DNA of 32,182 nucleotides from Polyangia bacterium (GTDB lineage Bacteria; Myxococcota_A; Polyangia; JAAYKL01): NCBI GenBank assembly GCA_050287845.1, contig JBNKCR010000093.1, positions 1 to 32,182 of the forward strand, read 5' to 3'. Shown piece by piece: positions 1 to 8,484 of this stretch (position 1 is its first letter; each line of letters starts with the position of its first letter). The notes under the pieces were generated by a model. It saw only the letters and a program-made list of their open reading frames with translations, ran no database searches and was not told where the DNA came from. The position numbers and the translations under genes were made by a program.

Positions 1-1
1 C

Positions 2-610
2 GAACAACGCATCGTCAAAGAACACCTTTCCAAAGATGCGCTCCAAAAAATCATCTCCCTCTCCCGCAAGCAGCGGCAGAGCAACACTCCCTTCACCCTC
101 ACCCCTCGCAACGCCACCCCCGGCATATTTAAAATCGTCGATATCGACTCGGTAACAGAATGTGCCGTCGTTGATTTGGGCTTCAACGTCAACCGTGCCC
201 TCTCTCTTCCCGGTGTTTCCCCCATTCCCGGCACATACGTCACCCGAATCTCACCCCGAAAATTCGGTGTCGTCTCCATCCAGCCCGGAGAACGTTACTG
301 CTACACCGGAAAGGTGCTCAACGTCATCGACGGCGACACCGTCAGAATGCGCATCCATCTCCACTTTGACACCGCTATCGACATCGCCCTCCGCCTCCGC
401 GGCGTCGACGCCATGGAAATTGACACCAAAGAAGGCAAACGCGCCCAATCCGGCCTCGAGCACATGCTGAAAGACCAGACCCACCTCACCGTCTACACCT
501 ACCACCACGACCGCTACGGCCGCTACATCGCCGACCTCATCACCACCGACGGTACCTACATCAACAGACAACTCGTTGAAAAAGGCCTCGCCTGCTTCTT
601 AAAAATGTAA
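2..610 (+). CDS. Thermonuclease (SNase-like) domain protein, 5'-truncated by the window edge
   Basis: The frame is open from base 2 (EQRIVKEHLS...), so the listed TTG start at 176 is probably internal. The C-terminus has SNase motifs VIDGDT, LRLRGVDAME, DRYGRYIA and NRQLVEKGLA. Confidence 0.8.
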   Translation, partial: EQRIVKEHLSKDALQKIISLSRKQRQSNTPFTLTPRNATPGIFKIVDIDSVTECAVVDLGFNVNRALSLPGVSPIPGTYVTRISPRKFGVVSIQPGERYCYTGKVLNVIDGDTVRMRIHLHFDTAIDIALRLRGVDAMEIDTKEGKRAQSGLEHMLKDQTHLTVYTYHHDRYGRYIADLITTDGTYINRQLVEKGLACFLKM

Positions 611-764
611 TCCCTGCATTCAACATTCGATTTTTCAAAATCGCGCCTAAGTACAGCGGAGGCGGACATGGTCCATCCGCCGACGTACCAGTGTTCTATC
701 CCCGACAATTTCCTGTTTCGAATACAGACGGTGTATGAAAAAACAGACAAACAATCAAGAACTC

Positions 765-805
765 GAGTACTGTCCCCGATCGCTTAAGTACTGTCCCCGA
801 TCGCT
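765..805. repeat. Tandem 20-bp direct repeat AGTACTGTCCCCGATCGCTT x2 (GGGGACAGTACT on the minus strand)
   Basis: Seen directly. A related GGGGAC core lies at 9901 beside the RAYT remnant. Confidence 0.75.
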
Positions 806-959
806 TTTATCTCTGAGAACTGGGTGCCCGCAATTATTGTTTGAATTTAAATCCCGTCAATGTCTGAAGAAACCCTTTCGACCAATCAGTTATTGGGTAC
901 ATGTTTCTTGCCTGAAACTGATTTCCTCCAATATTCTCGCATTGACTGCAACTTGAATT

Positions 960-1847
960 TCATTTGTCATCTTGCGCTGAAGAATCATTTACATTTATCA
1001 GCACCGACTGCTGAATCGTTTTGGGGAAAGGCAATTTTTCCATGTTGAGGCGGACGCTTCCCCTTTGACTGCGATGTTGAAAAAATTCCTCGACCTGTTT
1101 AACGCAAATGGATTCTTCGCTGAATAACGCCCAGATTCGAACTGGGCCAGTGTTGAAGGAATGCCGAATCTCGTCAGGCAACCGGACTTTCAGCGCTGTC
1201 GCCTCAATGGGAATACTGCAGGGATTGCGGTTTGAATTGGTATAAGCCGGATAGTACCAAAACACCTCGTTGTTTTGATCTACGGCAAAAATCATGAGAA
1301 ATTTAGACGGACTGTCAATATCATTCATATACGAGAATGCCAGATAATCCTTCGCATAAATGTTGCGGTCAACAAGCGTATACGTCTGACCTTTGCGGCG
1401 AAAAACAGACAGGGATGCCTGGCTTTCCGGTTTGCTGGAGGAAATGCTCCGCGCCTGGAATTCTTCATCAAGTCCCGTGCCATTTCGATGCAGGTATACT
1501 ATACTGCCGACCAATACGAGAGCGGTCAGAGCGGCCACATATATATTTTTCCATGAACGCTGCTGTGCAATCCAGCGCCGCCAATTTAAGCGCCAGCCTG
1601 TATGTGATGAATCAACCCCTTTTGCCGCCTCTTCCTTTCGGATAAAAGCCATAATCGATGGCGCAAGATCGACATTGTTAAACGCTTCCTCATCCTCAGA
1701 CAGAGAAGAAGTACATGCGTCCATTTCATCATATAAAGCCCTGCATTTTTGGCAGGTGCGCAGATGAATCGCTATCGTCTCTGCCGCAACAGGATGGGCC
1801 TGTTCGCAAAAATATGAAGCTATTTCAGATATATCTGGACAAGTCAT
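960..1847 (-). CDS. Zinc-binding (zf-HC2) transmembrane anti-sigma factor with extracytoplasmic DUF4384-like domain
   Basis: HxxxCxxC (HLRTCQKC), one TM segment (IYVAALTALVLVGSIVYL), juxtamembrane FQARS, then FLMIFAVD...VFWYYP. ATGA overlap with the sigma gene. Confidence 0.82.
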   Translation of the reverse strand: MTCPDISEIASYFCEQAHPVAAETIAIHLRTCQKCRALYDEMDACTSSLSEDEEAFNNVDLAPSIMAFIRKEEAAKGVDSSHTGWRLNWRRWIAQQRSWKNIYVAALTALVLVGSIVYLHRNGTGLDEEFQARSISSSKPESQASLSVFRRKGQTYTLVDRNIYAKDYLAFSYMNDIDSPSKFLMIFAVDQNNEVFWYYPAYTNSNRNPCSIPIEATALKVRLPDEIRHSFNTGPVRIWALFSEESICVKQVEEFFQHRSQRGSVRLNMEKLPFPKTIQQSVLINVNDSSAQDDK

Positions 1848-2509
1848 GCCATGGACCTTTTTGCCATTTCGTAGAGTTGCATTACTCCCCTGGAAAGATG
1901 AGATTTCACCGTACCGAGAGGCATCCCGGTAGTCTGTGCGATTTCATTCAACGGCAGACCTTGTATATAGCGAAGAATCAATACCTCTTTTATCCGTTCT
2001 TCCAGTCGCGCCAATAAGTTGTGCACGAATGCCGTCCGTTCTGAATGGTCCAGGCGCTGGTCGGGCAAAGCAGACTCATCGGGAATGTTCTGAGACTCAC
2101 TGCCGTCATTACGCGAGTAATTTTCCTTTGTTTGATTTTTTCGTTTAATATCGCGGCATCGGTTCAACGTCAGTGTAATCAGATAACTGCGAAATTTTCC
2201 AAGAGTCTGATACTGGGACCGATTTTTCCATAGGCTAAGAAATACTTCCTGAACGATGTCTTGCGCCAACACTGTGTTACCCAGATAGCGGGCAGCAGAA
2301 CGTAAAAGCAATTTTTGATGGCGCCGAATGAGCATCTCAAAAGCCTCCTGATTGTCTCTCTGAGCGCAGACCATCAGTTCTTCATCGTCAACGTGCTGCC
2401 ATCGCAGCAGATGGCTGGGAACAATGTTGCTGCCCGCCTGTTCATCGTTGACTTGTTTTTTTTTCAATGAACCTGTCATTCTGAACATACCTGTCTTTAC
2501 GGCTGCCAC
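1844..2509 (-). CDS. ECF RNA polymerase sigma-70 factor
   Basis: Region 2 (AQDIVQEVFLSLW, FRSYLITLTLNRCRD) and region 4 (EIAQTTGMPLGTVKSHLSRG). The true start may be a few codons downstream. Confidence 0.93.
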   Translation of the reverse strand: MAAVKTGMFRMTGSLKKKQVNDEQAGSNIVPSHLLRWQHVDDEELMVCAQRDNQEAFEMLIRRHQKLLLRSAARYLGNTVLAQDIVQEVFLSLWKNRSQYQTLGKFRSYLITLTLNRCRDIKRKNQTKENYSRNDGSESQNIPDESALPDQRLDHSERTAFVHNLLARLEERIKEVLILRYIQGLPLNEIAQTTGMPLGTVKSHLSRGVMQLYEMAKRSMA

Positions 2510-2547
2510 CAGGTGAACATCCTGGAGGTCGCTGATGTCGATTTCCG

Positions 2548-4098
2548 TTAAAACGCCAGGGATATGGGCGCGCTTAAATCAAACACATTGGTTCGAATTG
2601 GTTGTTCCTTTGAATTTGACGCAAACACGCCCCAAAGCGCGAATGCAGCAAGAGCCGCCACTCCGGCACCAATATAGAATCCCATAGCAAGGGCATTAAA
2701 TGTGTCAATTCGCTGATTGGCCTCACCTGCCTCAACTCCAGACAGTGATTCGTTCCCTTTGACTCGATAGTTGTAGGCGGAGAGATGCATGACTGCTCCT
2801 GCAATACCGAGAGTCACAGCACTCATGCCAATTGACCTGTGCCACCAGGGCGAAAAAGTCGTCCCTTCATCTGACGCCTCTTTGTGAATCCATGACTCAT
2901 ATGCTCCAAATGTTGCAAGACGAAAAGGTTGCCTGAAAAGACGATTAAACGCTTCATGGTGCGCTCCGCGTGAAGCGGTCTGTTGTCGTCCCCATTCTGC
3001 CCGTTCCAGATACAGACGCCCAATATTGGTAATACGGCGTTCCTTTCCAGTCTCTGATTCCTTGAGAAATAAAGTCCTGTCAGGAAGCAATAAAAAAAGC
3101 TGTTCGCGGTCCTCCGGGTGAAAATCCGCTATGCGATTTCCATCGCTGTCTTCAATGAAGTAATGACTGTCGTGCAAGTCCGTTAATTGAAGCATTTCTT
3201 TTTCTTCCCTGGTAAACGAAATTAAACCACTTTTTGCAATCGCTGGGTCCGTAGGCTGATAGGCAAAAAAAGAGGGACGAAATCGTCGGTTCAAAATGGA
3301 TCGGTTTGCATTCCATATATAAGCCGCCGCTTCCAAATAGCTGATTTTCCCATTTTTGTTCGAATCTGCCGCGCCGCGAAGAGCTGACCGGAGTTCATGA
3401 CTGAACACACCACTTTGAAATGCTTCCCACTCGTGGCTTTCCTGAGCCGCCGATGCAGAGAGCATCACTCCGGTGTTCGGTGGCGGCTTTCTTTGCTGCC
3501 AACCTGCGCCTCGAATGACAGAGCGGCGTTGCCCCCCGACACCCCGTCCAAAAATCATGAAATATGATTTACATGCATCGATAATAACGTGATTTGCCCA
3601 GGCATTCGATTTCGAAATCATATCGTGTAATTCCCGGCGCCAGAATCTGCCGCCTTGCAACTGGACATATCCCTGATAGTGCTTCACATCTCCATGTCCG
3701 GAATAAATGAAATAAAAAATTGGCTTTTTTCCTTCTCTGCGTGCTTCTTTCATTGCCATATTGATACGTTGCCAGCCTTCATTAATGGCAAAAGCCGTTG
3801 GCACCGTCGGCCGCTCATTGGGGTAAAGGTCTCGAGTTTCTGTATCCATGGATGTCAACAGGACAACCTCCGCACCAAGCTCTCTCATTAAAACAGCGTT
3901 TTTTATTGCATCGTCATCGGCATAGCGCAGTTTTCTTTGGGTGGAATTGTTAGTTCCATTATAACCAATGATTAGCGCAAAGCGTATTTCCTCCGTACAC
4001 CACGCGTCATTTGCTATTTGCAACAAGCAACACCATACGATGACAATAAAAAAATATATATCTGGCCGACGCTCGCGTACCATGAATTTGTCCCTCAT
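2548..4098 (-). CDS. Exported caspase-like peptidase (C14) with C-terminal membrane segments
   Basis: RFALIIGYN, LRYADDDA, intact His/Cys dyad (YSGHG, IIDACKS), SGVFSHELRSALRGAAD. N-terminal hydrophobic signal and two C-terminal hydrophobic segments. Confidence 0.9.
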   Translation of the reverse strand: MRDKFMVRERRPDIYFFIVIVWCCLLQIANDAWCTEEIRFALIIGYNGTNNSTQRKLRYADDDAIKNAVLMRELGAEVVLLTSMDTETRDLYPNERPTVPTAFAINEGWQRINMAMKEARREGKKPIFYFIYSGHGDVKHYQGYVQLQGGRFWRRELHDMISKSNAWANHVIIDACKSYFMIFGRGVGGQRRSVIRGAGWQQRKPPPNTGVMLSASAAQESHEWEAFQSGVFSHELRSALRGAADSNKNGKISYLEAAAYIWNANRSILNRRFRPSFFAYQPTDPAIAKSGLISFTREEKEMLQLTDLHDSHYFIEDSDGNRIADFHPEDREQLFLLLPDRTLFLKESETGKERRITNIGRLYLERAEWGRQQTASRGAHHEAFNRLFRQPFRLATFGAYESWIHKEASDEGTTFSPWWHRSIGMSAVTLGIAGAVMHLSAYNYRVKGNESLSGVEAGEANQRIDTFNALAMGFYIGAGVAALAAFALWGVFASNSKEQPIRTNVFDLSAPISLAF

Positions 4099-4422
4099 AT
4101 CATATTTAATGTAGATTACTTAGAACCAGGCTGGCGAAATGACAATAGAAATCGAGATAATTTTGAACAATATTTTTACCAATGTGTATTCATTCAGCAA
4201 ATGTCTATCTTTTTCCACGTGACTATCTATAAAAAAAAACGCAATTGATAAGGATTCTTCAATATCCGGGCCATATCACTCGGACCTGCAATAGCCAATA
4301 TCGCTTTTATCCTTAAACAAATGTGAGACGTATACAATGACATTATATGACAGGATAGTCTCAATACGTTTTACGGACCACGTGTCTGAATATATGAAGT
4401 TTAGGACACTGATCATTATTAA

Positions 4423-4540
4423 ATAGCCATCTTGCCTCCGCTGCATCCCGCCCGACGGCGTTGCTCGTCGGTCGCATACCCCGGTATGTTCCACTTCTCG
4501 CGCCTTGCCAGTCTGGCGCAGCAAATGCCATGTTGGCAAT
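4423..4540. repeat. Intergenic long imperfect palindrome (REP/MITE-like)
   Basis: Ends ATAGCCATCTT / ATGTTGGCAAT, GCTGC/GCAGC pairing, inner GCATACC-CC-GGTATGT hairpin. The core GGCGTTGCTCGTCG...TCGCGCCTTG resembles a dispersed proteobacterial repeat I recall. Confidence 0.55.
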
Positions 4541-4721
4541 TTAATTTCGACCACTGTCCTTACGATTTTGCGCTCCATATCCAGTTCTATAGATGCTGCC
4601 CCTGTGTTGCGCAACCGAACACTATGTCAAAACTCAGCATCGAACTTAAAGTTTTTATTGAACAGATTCAGATTTTTAACTACAAATTCGCATAAACAGC
4701 GTTGCGTACGGGGGGATTCCG

Positions 4722-5972
4722 ATGAAAATACGCCAGATTTTTCGACATATGGCTTTCTGCCTTTTCTTGTCGAGCTGTGTGGATTCTGTAAAAATTGATG
4801 GCCGGGAATGTCCTTGCCCCGACGACTATGAATGCTGCAATTCCTTAAATCCAGAGGCATACTGCATCCCCAAAAATTCTCTTTGTCTTACAAGGATCCC
4901 TGCGGGAAATTTTTGGATGGGAAGCCCCGGCGGTGACACTGCGCCAGGTATAAATGTTGTAACGCGAGAAAGTGACACGGACAGTAGCGATGCTGGAAAT
5001 GTTGAGTTTGAAATCGAATGCCCCATGGGATACGAAGGCGACTGCATCTTTGATGAAGGCAGAAACAGTGCTGGAGACGGAACCCCCCCCACGCTCGATG
5101 AACTTCTTCACTATGTTCAATTGCAACATTCTTTCTATATAATGATAAATGAAGTTACGCAGAGATATTTTCAGAGTATAACCGGTTGGAATCCAAGCGC
5201 ACAAACCCATTCATTAAAAGAGGAGACTGATTACCCGGTTGATACCGTCAATTGGTACGATGCGATTGTCTTCGCCAACCTGGTGTCTCTGCGAGAAGGA
5301 TTACCGGAATGCTATTATATCGAAGACATCAGTTGCGAATCAGCGGCCGGCGCTTCGGATACCCGAAAAACGTCTGATTTAATGGAATGCTTTCAGTCTC
5401 ACAGTCATATCTCAGCGGCAACAGTCACCGTAAAGGAGAATGGAAATCCTTACGAATGTCAGGGATTCAGATTGCCTACCGAAGCAGAATGGGAATATGC
5501 AGCCCGTGCTTCTACTCTAACCCCCTATTATAACGGAAGACCTCAGGAGATCTATTCGGCCGAAGAAGAAGATGAATATCTAACCCAAATAGCCTGGTAC
5601 GATACGGTACTGGATCTGAATTTCCCCGAACGGGAAGGCCCATTTGCCGTTCGCCAAAAGGATCCAAATTTATTTGGTCTTTTTGATATGCTGGGAAATC
5701 TGCACGAATGGGTATTCGATTCATATCGCGTATCTTATCTGCCAGAAGGCCAGACCGTACCAACTGATACTGCCAATCCGCTGGTCAATCCATTCTATTT
5801 CGTGCCGGGCCCAAACAATCACATTCTGAGAGGTGGGGGATGGGCGACCATTTGGAAATATTGTCGTACCGCCAGTCGAATGCCGCGCCAACCTGAGAAT
5901 ACCGGTGTTTTTGCCGGACGTTACGGAACGAGAAGCAGCTATGGTTTTCGTCTTGTACGTACGGTGCAATGA
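4722..5972 (+). CDS. Lipoprotein with formylglycine-generating enzyme (FGE-sulfatase/SUMF1) domain
   Basis: Lipobox LFLSSC, Cys-rich N-terminus, FRLPTEAEWEYAAR, NLFGLFDMLGNLHEWV, RGGGW, YGFRLVR. Confidence 0.9.
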   Translation: MKIRQIFRHMAFCLFLSSCVDSVKIDGRECPCPDDYECCNSLNPEAYCIPKNSLCLTRIPAGNFWMGSPGGDTAPGINVVTRESDTDSSDAGNVEFEIECPMGYEGDCIFDEGRNSAGDGTPPTLDELLHYVQLQHSFYIMINEVTQRYFQSITGWNPSAQTHSLKEETDYPVDTVNWYDAIVFANLVSLREGLPECYYIEDISCESAAGASDTRKTSDLMECFQSHSHISAATVTVKENGNPYECQGFRLPTEAEWEYAARASTLTPYYNGRPQEIYSAEEEDEYLTQIAWYDTVLDLNFPEREGPFAVRQKDPNLFGLFDMLGNLHEWVFDSYRVSYLPEGQTVPTDTANPLVNPFYFVPGPNNHILRGGGWATIWKYCRTASRMPRQPENTGVFAGRYGTRSSYGFRLVRTVQ

Positions 5973-6110
5973 CCATAAATTGGCTGGAACCACTTCACCA
6001 AATTCATTCTGGTCACAGTAACTTCGCCGAAATATGATTCGAGAGACCTTGTCCTTCCTGAAACGGGATGCGAGCGAAATACACCTTCGCTTCCCAATTG
6101 TGCTTTTTTT

Positions 6111-6137
6111 TGCAACTTTTATATTTTTTCAAACGTT
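6111..6137 (+). promoter_or_regulatory. Candidate ECF-type promoter (AAC-N17-CGT) upstream of the Cys-rich peptide gene
   Basis: TGCAAC (6111-6116), 17-nt T-rich spacer, CGTT (6134-6137). Confidence 0.35.
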
Positions 6138-6238
6138 CATAACTGTAAAAGCAGGCAGTAAACCGGTTTCTTCGATGCTTTCAGACAAACAACTTCTGGG
6201 GGCTATTGGTTCCCCATTTAAAGGCAAAGGAGAAAAAG

Positions 6239-6571
6239 ATGAAATTAAATATGGTTGTATTTTCTATTGCTATGCTGGCGGTGGTCAGCTTCAGTCAGTA
6301 CGTCAGTGCCGATGGCCAGGAGGAGGCGCCCATTAGCGCTCAGGAACTGTTTGAACTGTGCGCCGAAGATCCGGAACTTGACATTTGTCAGGACCTTTTC
6401 GGTGAAGCAGAGATTGGATGGTCATGTCTTTTCAGCAATGAGGGTTGTAAAAAGGAATGCAAGGAACTTGGCGAGAAATACGGTTACTGTGATGAGTACT
6501 GGGACTTTGCGTACTGCACTTCTGACCTGTATTGCATTTGCAGATATGAGTTGCGGGATGCCTGTAATTGA
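6239..6571 (+). CDS. Small secreted Cys-rich peptide, CS-alpha-beta (defensin/scorpion toxin-like) pattern
   Basis: AAGGAG RBS before ATG 6239, signal peptide ending VSA, acidic segment, then C-x6-CxxxC-x7-GYC...CxC. 110 aa with 10 Cys. Confidence 0.75.
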   Translation: MKLNMVVFSIAMLAVVSFSQYVSADGQEEAPISAQELFELCAEDPELDICQDLFGEAEIGWSCLFSNEGCKKECKELGEKYGYCDEYWDFAYCTSDLYCICRYELRDACN

Positions 6572-6900
6572 CATTCCCCAGTACACTCCAGCAATGGTGG
6601 AATTCACTGAACCACAGGTGTAAGGCTCCATTCATAAATTGCTGTCTACCATTCACGCCGATTTTCAGTCCGTTCGCTGCTGCGACGTAATCGAAAGATC
6701 TTCAGAACAGTTTTGCGGTCACTGTGAATTCTTTCAGCAGTGACTTTCACAGACAAGCCATCGCCAGAGCCGGATAAACCCTTCATCTTCATCTTTCGTG
6801 CTTTCCGATGAGGCCCGGGTAAAAATTTGAGCAACTATAGTTATTTATGAACAGACGTAAATAGTCGAAATACGCAACAAAGGAAATTGAAGGTATCATC

Positions 6901-8073
6901 ATGTCTTTTTATAAAGAAAAAATTCTATTAAAAAAAATGTCCATTTTTTATTTTCTTCTGGCTGTTGCCAGTGCATGTGCTGAAAATTTAACCGATGAGT
7001 TCAACAACCAGACTACACCGATTATCGGCGGATTCAGGGCCGCAAGTCCATCATTGAATTCAGTTGGAGCATTGGTTGTCGTGAATAAAGATATGGACAA
7101 CGATTCCTGTGAAGAAGAATATCAGGTTTTTTGTACTGCGACTCTGATTGGCCCCAGTACAATTCTCACAGCCAGGCATTGCGTACCATCATCAGATATG
7201 TCTGATATTTTTGACATCCGATTTGCGATTGGTCCAAATTTGGACAATCCATTAAAGACAGTCACTATTTCCGGTTGGTCTGCTGTGCTTGACGAAATTG
7301 ACAATGAAAGCATCTCCAGTGACATTGCCGTTGCTCATTTAAGCGAGTCTGTTGATGACATCGAGCCTTTACCTCTTGCGCCATTGACCGAAGAAGATAT
7401 TGGTCGTCGTTTTATTTCTATTGGTTATGGAATTCAAAATAATCAGATGGACAATGGAATACGAATGGCTGGAAGCATAACGCTGCGCGGCTTATCCGGC
7501 ACAGTGTATCAAACGCTGTTTTCAGATTTTGAGAATTTTAAAACAGCGGTGATTTCAGACATTCTTACGTCCGATGGGTATTCGCCGAGGATGGATCCGA
7601 TAATTCAAAGAATGTTCGACAACAGCAGATCTATTGCGATTGAATATGAGGCTGTCTGGGGGAATGCTTACGGTGATGCACAGCCCTGCCATGGCGACTC
7701 GGGAGGACCAATTCTGGCAGAGTACAATAACAGGATCGCAATATTCGGCGTAAACTCCGCAGTACCTCTTCCTCCGATATTGGCAAAACCGGTCTGGGAG
7801 GTTTTCGATCCCCAATTGGTCTGCAACTGGGGAGTGATTGGAGCAACGTTTGGTCTGCATGCCAAAGATCATATTCTTCGAGAATTAGCATGTCCATTGA
7901 TGCCAGTTACTGGACAATGCCAGGGCGATACAGCTATCCGTTGCTCCGATATGAATGAAGGTACCCGCCGAATTGTAGAAACGGATTGCGGCATCCTGGG
8001 TCTAACCTGTGGTTTAAACCAACAAATACAACGCGTCGAATGTGTCGATCCATATGCAAGTAATCATCTGTAA
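6901..8073 (+). CDS. S1 (trypsin-fold) serine protease, probable lipoprotein
   Basis: IIGG mature start, LTARHC, DIAV, GDSGGP triad motifs, ASAC lipobox-like signal, Cys-rich tail. Confidence 0.92.
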   Translation: MSFYKEKILLKKMSIFYFLLAVASACAENLTDEFNNQTTPIIGGFRAASPSLNSVGALVVVNKDMDNDSCEEEYQVFCTATLIGPSTILTARHCVPSSDMSDIFDIRFAIGPNLDNPLKTVTISGWSAVLDEIDNESISSDIAVAHLSESVDDIEPLPLAPLTEEDIGRRFISIGYGIQNNQMDNGIRMAGSITLRGLSGTVYQTLFSDFENFKTAVISDILTSDGYSPRMDPIIQRMFDNSRSIAIEYEAVWGNAYGDAQPCHGDSGGPILAEYNNRIAIFGVNSAVPLPPILAKPVWEVFDPQLVCNWGVIGATFGLHAKDHILRELACPLMPVTGQCQGDTAIRCSDMNEGTRRIVETDCGILGLTCGLNQQIQRVECVDPYASNHL

Positions 8074-8484
8074 AATTGTAATTATTTGGATTTTTGTTTT
8101 GTGCAAATCAGGAATACCCAATATCCACGCGGCCCCGCAAGATTTTCCTTTCCCCTTTTCTGATTATTTTATGCAACCTGGGAGTTACTTTGAGAGCGCC
8201 TGATTTTCATCAGGCTCTTTTTGAGAAACGAAAATCTCAAATCGGTGTATCGTTGTATTTTTAAGGAGATATGACGTGAAAAATTTTAATAACCCCAAAC
8301 GGTCATCACGTTTTCCCATTCAATTTTCTTCACATAATTGATATTTTTGCGGGCGTGAACTTAAGTGTGACCGAAAACAAGACGGTTTCGCCGAACAAAA
8401 GCTAAAAACGAAACGGCTTTTATTTTGCCTGAAGGTAACAATGATAACGATTCAAGGCCGCCCAGCAATAGAAGGCAGGAACAC

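Noticed and set aside
4276..4860. Short ORFs in the divergent intergenic region
   Set aside because: They have no recognisable motifs and overlap a palindromic repeat or the FGE gene.
5820..5972. FGE/CLec C-terminus as a diversity-generating retroelement target
   Set aside because: No template repeat or reverse transcriptase is in the window. A remote one cannot be excluded.
5964..5974. GTGCAATGACC at the FGE stop also occurs at the DUF1697 stop (28734)
   Set aside because: The match is only 11 bp with no further flanking homology, so it is probably chance.
6140..6235. Possible riboswitch in the peptide gene leader
   Set aside because: I could not match the conserved elements of any riboswitch class I know.
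6646..6834. 62-aa minus-strand ORF between the peptide and protease genes
   Set aside because: No recognisable motif or RBS, so it cannot be supported as a gene or immunity factor.
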